64,000 nt of DNA from positions 16,926,001 through 16,990,000 of the forward strand of contig JBHGNT010000001.1 of assembly GCA_043228905.1 (NCBI GenBank), read 5' to 3'. How positions within the stretch are numbered: the stretch's first letter is position 1; every line of letters begins with the position of its first letter. The translations under genes were made by a program, and so were the position numbers. Under the pieces are notes generated by a model. The model was not told the origin of the DNA, made no database searches, and saw only the letters and a program-made list of their open reading frames with translations. Positions 24,021-36,542 of the stretch are shown here, piece by piece. The stretch comes from Azolla caroliniana. Its lineage: Eukaryota; Plantae; Polypodiophyta.

Positions 24021-27000
24021 GTTCCACCATACCGAATACGGAAAGGACCTAATCGCCGATAATCCAACTTCTCGCATGGGCGGGTAGTCTTGATGTGTCG
24101 TCGTTGTAGCCATACCCTATCTCCAATGTTAAAAATGTATGGAGGCCGATGAAGATCCGCATAAACCTTGTGTGTTTTTTGACCTTGTTGTAGATGAGTA
24201 GATAAATATGCTTGTATCTTGCATAACTGCTCCAAACGATCCTCTGCGCAAGGATTTGTGGGTAACTTTGGGGTTTCAAATACACACCACCCGTATAAGC
24301 ATAAAATGGCATAACTTTAGTCGATGAGTGGATAGAGTTATTATAGGCAAATTCGGCGAAGTGGAGAATATCTGCCTAGTGATCCTGATGATAACTTAGA
24401 AAGCACCGAAGACACTGCTCCAGCGTTTGATTTGCTCGTTCTGCATGGCCGTGGGTTTGCGGGTGGTAGCCGGAGGAGAGGTTACAAGTGACCTTGAGCA
24501 TTTTAAAAAGGTGCTTCTAGAATTTCGAGACGAATTGGGGTCGATGGTCGTTGATGATATTATCAGGAAGGCCATGATGCTGACATACTTCACTCATGAC
24601 AATTTCGACGATTTCTTCTGTGGAGATTTGCTTAGTACATGGTAGGAAATGAGCCATCTTCATATATCGATCTACTACTGTTAAAATTGCATTGAATCCC
24701 TTAGAGATTGGAAGATTTGTGATGAAATCTATAGCAATGGATTGCCATGGCTTGCTTGGAATTGGTAATGGTTCTAATAAACCATGTGGATGATGCCTTG
24801 GCATTTTTGCTCTGCAACATGTATCACAAGTCCGAACAAAATCTTTGACAAATTGTCCCATACACGGCCACCAGAATGATCGTTGTACTAAATCTAATGT
24901 CTTAGTACTACCAAAATGCCCAATTGTATATGTGTCAGGACAGTTTGGACTACTCGAAGGTGGCAAGGACCATTAGGAACATACAAGAGTTTCTTAAAGA
25001 ATAGTAATCCATCATGACATTCGAATACAAAAATCAAGAAATTTTTCAAATACAAAAGCATTAATGGAATCCCAGAACAATGCTTGTTCAATGATTGCTG
25101 CCAGAATGGATATAGGCCCTATTCACAGTGGAAGGGGTTTGTTACTAGTCTTCCAGGAAATTCTTCGAAAATACTTTAGAATCCCCTTAGCAATAATTTG
25201 TAAGAATCTTGTCGATAGTCCGTACCTGGTTGTTGCGACTGTGAATAAGATGCTCAAAAGGGATCAATTTGTGCTAGAATGGCTTGGGCGAAAGCATTTG
25301 TCTTCAAGTCCTCACGTATGGTATCGATAACATGGGAATCCAAGGGCATGCCGAGGACCTGTGTTGCTTGCAGTCGTGCTCATCCCAAGTTTACTTGCTT
25401 TTGGTTATCGAAAGCTGGCTCGCCGAGACGCGGTGCTAGATACGAACGTCGTGATAATGCATCTGCCTTCCCTTGGTGCTTCCCCGGACAATATGTAATT
25501 TTGAAATCGACATGCGTGAGGAATTGGGCCCACTGAGCTTGACGTCGATTTAACACATGAGCACTCTGAAAGTAGGCAAGGTTTTTCTGATCATTGAATA
25601 CAATGACTTGATGAGAGGATCCCTCTAGAAAATGCCTCCATTGCGTAAAAGAGTCCACTATTGCTAATACCTCCTTATCATGAATTTCATAGTTGATTTC
25701 AACGGCGTCAAACTTGCATGAGTGGAAAGCCACAAGATGTAGCTTGTCATCATTACCTTGTTGAGACAGAATGCTACCAAAGGTGAAATTCGACGTGTCT
25801 GCTTCAATGATGAATGGTTTTTCTGGATGATCAAAAAAACATCCAAGAGATCTCGGAATATATCATTTGTCATGTGCTGGAAGACTACTGGCGCATTAGT
25901 GAGGCCGAACGGCATGATTGTATACTCGAAGTGCCCATATCTAGTGCAAAATGCGGTCTTCCATTCATCTCTTGGCCGGATCCGTACGAGGTTATATGCT
26001 CCCCGTAAGTCGATCTTCGTGAAGAACCTTGTACCATTTATCCGTTCTAAAAGACTTGAGATAAGGGGAAGTGCATACTTATTTCTGATGGTAACCTTAT
26101 TCAAGCCACGGTAATCTACAACCAGACGAAGTGATCCATCCTTTTTCTTGAGCCGGTTGGAGATTTCAAATGCTGAATGAAACCATTTTCCAAATTCTCC
26201 TCTATATAGGCTCGAAGGACTTCTAGCTCGGTTGGTGACAAATTGTAGATCGGTCCCCATGGTGGCTCTTTTCCCGGTTGTAAATCGATGGGGAATTCAT
26301 ATGGTCGATGGTGAGGAAGCGTATTGGCTTGTACTTTATCGAACACATCGGCATAATGATGATACTTCTTTGGAAGTTGAACGGTGGAATCCTCTTTAGT
26401 GGTGTCGGAGGGTTTTACTGATATTGCAAAGAGAAACATTTCTTCCTTGCGTCCTTCCCGCAACTGATGTAGCGAAATGGTTGCAATCTTATGAGTAGAT
26501 TCTCAAGCTTGTCGATATCAGATTTCTCTTGTTCTCCAATCTATGTCTGGGTTATGTAATTCGGACCATGGTAATCTTAAAACAATGGAATGTTCTGGGA
26601 TACTAATTATATTAAATGATACTACACACGGTAGATTATCTAGGACAATATTAACGGGCTCTGACTCTTCAATGATATTTCTGGAAGCAATGGGACGACC
26701 ATCAATGACTACTACAGAGGTTGGACACGAGAGTTTTCTGAGAAATATCTGATGAGCTTGGGCAAAATTCCTATCCATGAAGCAAGAGTTAGCTCCGGAA
26801 TCTAGAAGTGCTAAGACGTGTACTCAAGGGGTACTTTTAGTACTACCTATTACTTGGGTTACGAACACATTGCTAACTTGCTTAGAGGGAATGGAACCAC
26901 TAATGGGTTGCACAGATCTAGGGTTGTCCAACCAAACGGCTCCTATTTTGGCTGGACTTAGTCGTTTAACTCTTCTTCTAATTGATTGAGGACATCAAAT

Positions 27001-28615
27001 TTGTTCACTAGATTTGAGCTATTAGTACTATTAGGACAATTAGATATTCCTATAGACTCGGGTTTAGTACAATTAGAACTAGCAACTATTTGGTTTACCT
27101 GTGTTCTTGGCCTATGGGAACAATTTATTGTAATATGCCCTGGTCCACCACAATAAAGACATAGTCGATTTGCTCAACGTCGCTGCTTTTCTTCTTTCGA
27201 TAATGATCCAGGACGACGTGTAGTGTCAAATCTCCATCGGAGTCGGAGTATTCACTAGACACGCATTATATGACTCCCTCAAAAAAGGTTTCGCTACCAT
27301 TGAGGGATAGGTGGGCTCTGATCTTGTCCTCAGCATCTGGAATTGCCGTTCCTAACGTCGTTCGAAAAGGCGGTTGTCGCATCTCACCGCGCGACTGATT
27401 GCTTCTGTTTATGACTTTGGTTCTTCAAGGAAAGGTCAAGAGTAAATCCTTGACATCGTTGCGTAAACCATGATAAAGAAATTGCTCAATCAATGCTTGA
27501 TCATCCTAAGGGATATCGGCGGTGAGTAGGTGGAAATCTGAAGCGTATGCGGAGGCTAGACGATCACCTTGGCGTAATCGTCGGATTTTGTTGATTGTTT
27601 TCCTTATGCTGTCAGTATCTCCAAAACAGGCTTTGAACTCAATTATAAATTTTTCAAAATTGTTTAGTAATGGAGATTTCTTTTCTAACAACGGAGCGAA
27701 CCAGGCCAATGCTGAGCCACTGAGTAGAGTGCCTACCAGTCCCACTCGTGATGCATCTGTGGGATAGCGAGAAGGATGCATTTGAATCACTAAACGTACT
27801 TGATTCAGAAAACCTCTATATTGTGATCGGGTCCCATCAAATTTTGCAGGAAGACTGATCTTGGGTTCTTTATGAATCACTTTAGTGCTTGATCCTTGTT
27901 GTTGTAGTGATACAATAGTCTCTTCAAGTTGTTGTACATGTAACGTCAGCTCCCCGTGTTGTTGTTTTTCCAGCGCTATTTGTTGAAGATCCCCCAACAA
28001 ATAGTGATTTTCTTGTTCTAGTGCTACATATTTCTCTTTTAAGCACTAGAGCTCTGAGAAAACAGATTGGTATTCTTGAGTGCTAACAATTTCCATTTTA
28101 CTAGGGAGGATAGGAGGATTAGTATGAAGGGAAAAACGGGGTAAGAAAATAAGGGAAACCAGAATGAAGACCGGAAAAAGGGGATATGTAAGAAGATAAA
28201 AGGAAGAGGAGGAAAGGAGGAGATGGAAGGAGGAAAATCGGTTCAAACTTTCAGGAATAGTATTGAGACAGAGAAGAAATTAGTAGTACTAAGAGGAATA
28301 GAGGGTGTAGAACACTTGAGAGAAGGAGAGAGAGAGAGAGTGTGTGTGTGTGTGTGTGTGTGAGTGACAGAGTGACAGATTGAGGGAGAGAAAATGATGA
28401 TGACAACGATATATTATGTAAGAAGAATATACAAGGAAGGCTAGGAGGCTTAAGAATGGCGTTGAACCAATTTGGTTCGAAATAATGCCTTGTGCCTCCT
28501 TTTATAGTGTTCTCAGGAGTAGTCCTGAAGTTTCTAGAATGTTCCAGAGAAATTTGGAATATACATTAATTTTCTATAGTAAAACTTAAATAAAAATAAT
28601 ATCTTATGTATTACA
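24021..28615 (-). mobile_element. Ty3/gypsy chromovirus-type (Tcn1/Tf1-like) element, 3' truncated and degenerate; short 5' LTR ~28417-28615
   Basis: Gag (LPAKFDGTRS..SALAWF) with a CLYCGGPGH knuckle, PR (LLDSGANSCFMD), RT ([20 protein letters not shown]; YxDD deleted), RH ([14 protein letters not shown]) and INT ending at GPFRI. LTR termini are TGTAA/TTACA. Confidence 0.88.
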
Positions 28616-31600
28616 CTATCTTGCCATTTCATGACAAAGTCCCCTTACAAACTAAAGCAAACCCCTCGTGCCTAGATCGCTAAGATCATGTAGCGATTGC
28701 ATCGAATGGGGTTTGCCGCGTCAAAGTCGGACACTTCATTATTCATTCGGCATAGGCCGGTAAGCATTTTGCTTCATGTTGATGATTTAGTCATCACCGG
28801 CACCGACGTAGGGGAAATTGACCGCGTCAAGTCTGAACTCATGGCATTGCTCAAAACGAAGGGTCTCATGGACCTTCATTACTTCCTTGGCATCATTATG
28901 TGTACATGGTGAAGGTGGCAGTTGTGCGTGAGTTGGAGAGCTATGCCAAAGCTGCTATAGATCCGAACTTGTAGAAGGCCATGGAGGAAGAGATGCACGG
29001 ACTCACGGAGAATGAGATGTGGGACCTGGTGGACGTACTGAAAGGAGTGAAGCCGATCGGTTGTCGATGGGTATACAAGATCAAATACAACACCAACATC
29101 TTCGTGAAAAGTTACAAGACCAGGTCAGTGGCCAAAGGCTACGCGCAGTAGCACGACATCGACTACGATGAGACGTTCGCTCCAATCGCAAAGATGACGA
29201 TCGCCCATGTCTTGCTTTTGGTGGCAACAGCGAAGGGGTAGCATCTACATCAAATGGATGGGAAAAATGCATTCCTGCAAAGTGATATTGAGGAACAAGT
29301 ATACATGGTTCAGCCCCCGGATTTCAGTCTAGAATGAACATGTTGACTATTTCTTGACTTAAGAAGTCCCTTTATAGACTAAAGCAAGCCCCGCGTGCCT
29401 GGAACGCGAAGATCCGCATGTCGGATGGGGTTTGCTGTGTCAAAGTAAGATTCTTCACTCTTGATCTGTCAAGGTCGGAACCGGCCTGTTAGTATTTTAC
29501 CTTCTCGCCTACCTGGATGAAATCGACTGCATTAAGTTTGAACTCCCAGCATCGTTTGCCATGAAGGATCTTGGGAACCTTCATTACTTCCTCGGGATCG
29601 GTATGCTCTTCAAATTCGGTATGACGGAATGTACGTCCGTCTTCACTCCTTTGGATAAGAATGTGAAGCTTCGCCCTAACTTGGGATCAACATGCGACCT
29701 CAAAAGGTTATGGCAGAGAGTCAGAAGCCTTATATACCTAACCATCACCCGACTATATCTCATTTATCCAGTTGGCTTGATTAATCAATTCATGGCGCAT
29801 CCGACTGTGGAGCACCTTCAGTTTGTGCACCAAATACTCTGGTATGTTAATGGCACTAAGGACAGGGGGGTGTTGTATTGGACCAGTATAACAGGACAAC
29901 TTGTTGGCTATACAGATGCCGATTGTGTGGGAAATGCCAGCGATCGAAGGTCAACTTCCAAATTCAAGTTTTCACTTGGAAGTGTCGTAGTCATCTGGAG
30001 TCGCAAGAAGTAGCCGACAGTTGCACTGTCGAGCACTGAGGTTGAGTATCGAGGAGCGGCTGTTGCAACTTGCGAAGCCATTTGGCTCAAATGGTTATTG
30101 AAGGGTCTGCAAGTGGAAGTGTCAGATCCGTTGATAATCTACTTTGACAACCTCAGTAGCATCCAGCGAGCGAAGTACCCCGTTTTTCATGGCCATGTGT
30201 CCTCTCTAGTGAAGTCGAATTGGTGTATGTTCTGACGGATTGGCAGGCAACCGATATATTCATCAAATCCTTAGCTCCTGACAAGTTGCGGAAATTTTCG
30301 GCAATACTTGGTGTGTAGCACCTTGACTTGCCAAACTTGAGGGTGGGGAATGAAAATGAAAGGAACAAAAAGGAGAGAGATGGTCGAGCCAGAAAAGAAG
30401 ATGTTCGGAAAGCTGAATCGGATATTCAACCCGATTTTGATCCGTCTGAAGAAATTGGAGTGTTCAGATCGAATGAAGAACCCAAGGATGGATGAACACA
30501 TGCAGATTGGACAGACAAGTTGTTAGGAAACAGGTCCCTCCGGATGGGAAGTGAGAAGAACAGAAACCGGATGTGGAGTACCCGGCATGAGCCGGATGGT
30601 GCAGACCTGATGAGAACCGGATGAGGAGTACCCGATTACGGAAGATCCGGTGAGAACTAGATGAAGAGTACCCGGCTACGGAAGAACCGGATGAGGAGTA
30701 CCCGATTACGGAAGATCCGGTGAGAACTAGATGAAGAGTACCCGGCTACGGAAGAACCGGATGAGGAGTACCCAGCTACGGAAGACCAGGTGAGAACTAG
30801 ATGACGAGTGCACGGCAAGATCCGGATGATGCAGGCCCGGTGAGGAGCGCTCACCGGATGAAGGGACATATTCGTAAATATCTCTTCTAAGAGTCCATCT
30901 GGGCTATTATTTGTAAATAGCCGAAAAGTCATATTAGTATAAATATGACTTAGGGCAAACTTATTAGATAGCGGTGTTGTCATTCTTGTTGGTGTAAGAC
31001 TTGAGAGCACGTAACAATGTACTGAGAGAGAGAGAGAGAGAGGAAGAGGTCGCTGCCTCTGTTGTAACCGCCACCTGTGGCGAAGATCGTGAGCGCGAAG
31101 TCGTTGCCTCCGTGAGCTCACTGTTGTAATTATTGTGACATAGTGATAGTTAGTAGTCAGTGGACTACCGTGGTTTTTCCCTCTGAAGGTTTTCCACGTT
31201 AAACATCCTGTGTACTCTTCTCTCCATTGTGTCGTGCTTTCATTTCCCGTTTTCTGTGTATGATTCTAAGCTCGATTGTGGCCGAGCGTTGCGTATAGGG
31301 AGCATGTAGTTCCTGTCACAAGTGGACACTTGTCAGAATAGGGGGAGCGACCATAAGTGAAAGCCGGAGCCCAAGACAACCGAAAAAGGGGAAGGTAAAC
31401 ACAAGGTGGCTAAGAAGATCAAGACACGGACGTGGTCAGATGTCGTGAAGGGTCTTAAGATCGGAGACGAGTTGGAGGAAGCCAACTCGGAGTGAATCGG
31501 ATACAACCGATTCGGTCAAGAGTTGAAGTGAATCGGAAGCACTCGATTCAATCAAAATGGTCGACTTAGAAGAGCCGAATTGATTGTCCAAGAAATCGAG

Positions 31601-32188
31601 ATGGCAGCAGAAGTTGACACTGACATGGAGGAGCCGGTAGGTCAAGAAGCGCTAGATTCGCAACAACCAAAGGAGCAGACAAACCGATTGAGAAGATCGA
31701 GCTGCATGGAACTAGATGGGTAATGGGAAGATGAACTGGACAGGACGAGGAGCCAGAGGAAAGGACCAGTGGACACACATAGCGATCTGACCTCAAGTTG
31801 AGCGTTAGGGGGAGTGTTGAGCGGGCAAGCTCAATTGGATCCGGATCGGTATTCGGAACTAAGAGCCGGATCGTACTCTGGAATAATGAGAATCGATAGG
31901 CTGTTGGAGGCCTATGGTTTGAGCCTAGTACATAGGCATATTCATTGGAGTTAGTGTCAGTTGCTCGTATGCACATTGAAGTACATCTCAGTCCTTTTAA
32001 GGACCTATATAAAAAGTATTCTATAGGACATTTGTATGTACAAAGTATTAATTTTTTGAATTGAGTTTTCAGATCTACTCTCTCTTTGTCCTCTCGTGTA
32101 TTGAAGGTTTCCATTAAACCTCTGTTCTGTGTTCTACTGTTATCCGAACTAGCCGGTTTTGTCTTACCTTCCGCACAATATCTTTTAC
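28616..32188 (+). mobile_element. Remainder of copia C: scrambled RT/RNase H, long 3' region, PPT and 3' LTR (31815-32188)
   Basis: LKQAPRAW, LHVDDLVI, YTDADC..DRRST, VALSSTEVEY; PPT AGGGGGAG followed by TGTTGAGC...TTTACA. Confidence 0.8.
30521..31318 (+). mobile_element. Solo LTR (copia), TSD CAAGT
   Basis: TGTTAGGA...TCCTGTCA flanked by CAAGT on both sides; U3 tandem repeats, TATA box and (GA)n. Confidence 0.92.
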
Positions 32189-32917
32189 ACCGCCATGACT
32201 TCCCAAGTCAATGCATTGACCTTGTCTGGCTTGCTTTTGCCGAACTGCACCGACATCCACAAGTCTTTGCACACCAACATGTCCTGCATGTTTGACTTCC
32301 AGACTGAATAGTTGGAGCCGATGAGTTTGAACATGCCGCCGAATGAGTCTTCCATCGCTCTAATACCACTTGTTAGGATTTGAACTGGCCTCTATCGGTT
32401 ACTCATTCGTATGTTTTTGTGCAAAGAATCAACAATAACAGTGCATAGACAAGAAAGAACAGAAAACGAAAAACCGAGACACAAGATATTTAACGCGGAA
32501 AACCCAATCTAGTCCACAAACCTCGAGAAACAAAATCACTATGATAGAGTAGAAGCTCAGAGGCAACAACCTCAAGTTCTTCTTTGTCAGACTGACGACT
32601 ATAGAGTTACTAACTCTCACACTCTCACTCTCTGTATGTTACACAATTATAGATGCAACTACATTCAGTGTAACTTTACAACAATGATCAACTACCACAA
32701 TCTCAAAGTTTGCCCTAGTTGTTTATATACTAAAACAACTTTCTAGCTATTTACAAGTATAGCCCACAAGGACACATTTGGACTATTTACAAATATAGTC
32801 TTCGAAATCGATTAAACAATCGATTCTCGATTTCGATTTCGATTTTGAATTACCCATTGGTTCCATTCGATTTGGTTCGTACTCTTCTTCCCATCCAGAG
32901 GGACCTGTTCCCTTCCA
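32189..32917 (-). mobile_element. 5' end of copia D (LTR ~32371-32917, PBS-iMet, gag start MEDSFGGMFKL), interrupted by copia C
   Basis: The reverse strand shows TGGTATTAGAGCG and a gag start matching ORF 43767. Confidence 0.82.
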
Positions 32918-33696
32918 CCAATACTTTTGCTTGATCCAGTTAGATCACTACCTCCACTCATATAAAATAATCGCGATCCGACTTAATCACCAATACTACT
33001 CCCCATAGCTCTCATTTGACTTGTGCATATCCAGATTGCCTTTTGTTGAGAACCTTTGCTCCGAATCTGATTGGATATTGTGAACCATCGTATTGGCTTG
33101 GTTGATGACCCATTTGATCCCGGTTGGACTTGTATCAACCGTAACTATGATTGGTCGGTCATAGTCTGGCTTCTTAAGTGTTTCTGCCCTCCATAGTGCC
33201 TTCTTGAGCCTCTTCATGCCCTTTGTGTGCTCCGGTCTCCATTCAAACTTTTTCCCCTTCCGCAGTAGGTGATATAGTGGGTTCGCAATGTGTGCATAGT
33301 GCGGAATCCATATGTAATAGAATGTGCATGCTCCAAGAAACCTCGGTACTTCGAATTGCACTTCTCTCATAGCTTGAATCGCATCAATCTTGGCTGGTGA
33401 TGGTCTTCGACTAGTATCTCCCCTTGTCTGAATGCTGATTTTTTTCTAGAGAGTGTTAAGTGAGCACCTTCTCGCAATCTCGAATATGGCGCACTAGAAA
33501 CTTTCAGCATCCTCGATTATCCATAGTTTCATCCTTCTCTTCCACAGTACATCCTTTCATAGGGATGTCATCTAAGAATGGCAGTGTGATCTCCGAAATG
33601 CAATCTCGTAGTACCTTGTTCATTGCGTTCATCATATGCGCAACTGAATTTATAACTCCATGTGATGGCATACACATCTGTTGTTCGGCCAATAGT
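32918..33696 (-). pseudogene. RT/RNase H fragment of a gypsy related to element B
   Basis: PFLDDIPMKG, RFLGACTFYYIWIPHYAH, IIVTVDTSP. Confidence 0.85.
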
Positions 33697-36520
33697 TGTT
33701 GAGCGGCAAGCTCAACTAGAGCCGGATCGGCTGGATAAGCTTGAGCCGGTGAGCGAGACGGATCGGTAAGCTGGTGAGCAACCGGGCCAGCAAACAACAG
33801 AGACGGTGAGCTCGGGAGCCGGTTAGCCGGATCTAGTCGGTAATCGGAAGCCTAGTATTAGTTTAGACTACTAGGCAATTAAGTGTAAGCAGATGCTTGT
33901 GTGAGCATTGAAGTACGCGGTACTTCTGTCAGTCCCATGAGGACTTGTATAAATAGTGCTACTGAGCACAGTTGTAATTACAGAGTGATTATATCGTTTT
34001 GAATATAGCTTTTACGTTCTGCTCTCTCTGTCTCTCCCATGTACTCTGTGTATTCCCTACTTTCTCTGTTTTCTAACGCTTCCGCAGGTAATCGTTTACA
34101 TGGTATCAGAGCGGGAGGGTTGAGAACCTCCTTTGCAGCTGACAAACGCTTGAAAGAAAACCCTAACAGGTCGTAAGAACAACAGAAAGAGAAGTGATGG
34201 ATAGAGGGATGGCTAGCTCGCTCCTTGTGGAGAAACTCGATAGATCCAACTACGCATCTTGGTTGTACAAGATGCACCAGTGCTTGCTTGGGCATGGCTA
34301 CTGGAGTTTCATTAAGGGAGACAACGAAACAACACCTGATGCGGCACATAAGGACTTCCCAGTGTGGGAACAATCGGCAAGCAGAGTGATGTACTGCTTC
34401 GCGTCCAGTGTCGGAGACCAGCTGCTGAGCCACATCCGAAACGCCAAGACGCCGAAGGTGGCTTGGGTAAACTTGAAGAAGGTTTTCGCCGCAAGCTACA
34501 GCCTAGAAGCTGCAACTCCGACAGGAGTTGAGCAATGTCCGACAGAAGGACATGTCGGTGGCGGATTACACGGCCCGGATCAAAGAGATCTGTGACTCGC
34601 TTGCCTCTATCAACGTTACCCTCGAGGAAGACGAGATGGTACAGGTCTATCTTGGGGGCGTGGCGTCTAAGTTCAAAGCGTTCCGAACGGCGGTGTGTAC
34701 AAGGGAGAATACGCCGTCATTTTTCGACTTACAGTCGATGCTCCTTGTAGAGGAGAACCACGCCGGTGCATCAACTAGCGCACCCACTGATAATTGGATG
34801 TTGTACACAGAGTCGGATCGGTCCTGTGGGCATGGTGGACGAGGCGGGTCGGCACGCAATGGAGGCGGCCGGCAACACCAAGAACGAGGGCACAGAGAAC
34901 GTGCCGACAACAGTTCCGGGACTCCCACAGGCAGGGGGAGTCATGGCGACACCGGAAGACGGCAAGAGAAGTCAGCAATGGAATGCTGGTACTGTGGCAA
35001 AAAGGGCCACAGAGAAAGCGAGTGCTGGAGAAAACGAGCCGATTCGGACAAATCCGGATCCGGCAAGGCCGAAAAGGATGGACAACAAAGCTCGCACTAC
35101 GCAAATGGATCAGGAGGATCCAAGAACAGTAACGGGCCAACCTTGGTGATGACGCACGAGGCAAACTCGATGAAGAAGATCACTTCCAAATCGGAGGAAG
35201 TGTGGTATGTTGATCCTAGTGCATCGAACCACATTACGAGCCACAAAGAGTGGTTCTCCTTTTAGGAGAAACCAGATCAACCAGGAGTAGTCGAAACCGG
35301 AGATGACACTCCTTACCCAATCATGCACGTTGAAGAAGTCCCTCTGAGCCACGTCGGACAGAAGGGGAAGCTAATGAACGTATTCACGTTTCGACAATCA
35401 CGAAGAACCTGGTGTCGGTCGGACAGATCGTCGAACAGGGGATGCAAGTGCGCTTTACGCACCTTGGGTGCTAACAGGAACTACACGCTCCGATGAACAC
35501 CGCTCGGCCACAACCGAGCTTAGAATCAAACACAGAAAACGGGGAATGAATAACGCGACACAAAGGAGAGAAGAGTACACAGGATGTTTAACGTGGAAAA
35601 CCCTGATAGGGAAAAACCATGGAAGTCCACAGACTCCAAACTATCACTATATCACAATGATTACAACAGTCAGCTCACGGAGGAAATGACCTCGTGCTCA
35701 CGATCTTCACCATAGGTGGCGGTTACAACAGAGGCAATGACCTCTTCCTCTCTCTCTCTCTCTCTCTCTGTACACTGTTACGGGCTCTCTAGTCTTGCGC
35801 CAACAAGAATGACAACATCAACACTTTACTAAGTTTTCCCTAAGTCATATTTATATTAATATGACTTTTCGGCTATTTACAAAAATAGCCCCGATGGACT
35901 CTCAGAAAACATATTTACGAATATGTCCCTTCATCCGGTGAGCACTTCTCACCGGGCCTTCACCATCCGGCTCTTGCCGGGTACTCCACATCCGGTTCTC
36001 ACCGGGCCTTCACCATCCGGCTCTTGCCGGGTACTCCACATCCGGTTCTCACCGGGCCTTCACCATCCGGCTCTTGCCGGGGACTCCTCATCCGGTTCTC
36101 GCCTTCACCATCCGGCTCTTGCCGGGTACTCCACATCCGGTTCTCACCGGGTTTTCCGTTGCCGGTACTCTTCATCCGGTTCTCACCGGGTCTTCACCAT
36201 CCGGCTCTTGCCGGGTACTACTCATCCGGTTCTCACCGGGTCTTCCGTTGTCGGATACTCCACATCCGGTTTCCCACCATCATTGTTCTTCTCACTTCTC
36301 ATCCGGAGGGACCTGTTTCCTAATAGGTGCTTCATCGAGGAAGAGGGCCAGATTATTGCGCAAGGGCGTAGAGACGGGGGGATGTTTATCCTCGACACCA
36401 ATGACATCGGCACCGCTCTGTTTGCAAATGGACAGAAGGTCGAATCGGACATCGACCTATAGCACAAGTGGATAGGCCACATCAATTACCGGAGGCTTCA
36501 AGACCTGCAAACGAAGCAAG
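33697..36520 (+). mobile_element. 5' part of copia E (LTR 33697-34100, PBS TGGTATCAGAGC 34101-34112, gag with CWYCGKKGHRESEC, protease WYVD..ASNH)
   Basis: ORFs 34194..34595 and 34528..35265; the coding sequence continues across the solo LTR to HKWIGHINY. Confidence 0.88.
35472..36325 (-). mobile_element. Solo LTR (same family as 30521-31318), TSD GGTGC, both termini mutated (TG>TA, CA>TA)
   Basis: GGTGC at 35467-35471 and 36326-36330. Removing the insert restores THLGCFIEE. Contains ~48-bp tandem repeats. Confidence 0.92.
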
Positions 36521-36542
36521 GCGTACCGACTACGACGAGACA

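Noticed and set aside
28325-28362. (GA)n(GT)n microsatellite, and similar tracts near 42384 and 49181
   Set aside because: Ordinary simple repeats inside LTRs or leaders.
35923-36475. Repetitive Pro/Ser/Gly-rich proteins
   Set aside because: They are translations of the LTR minisatellite.
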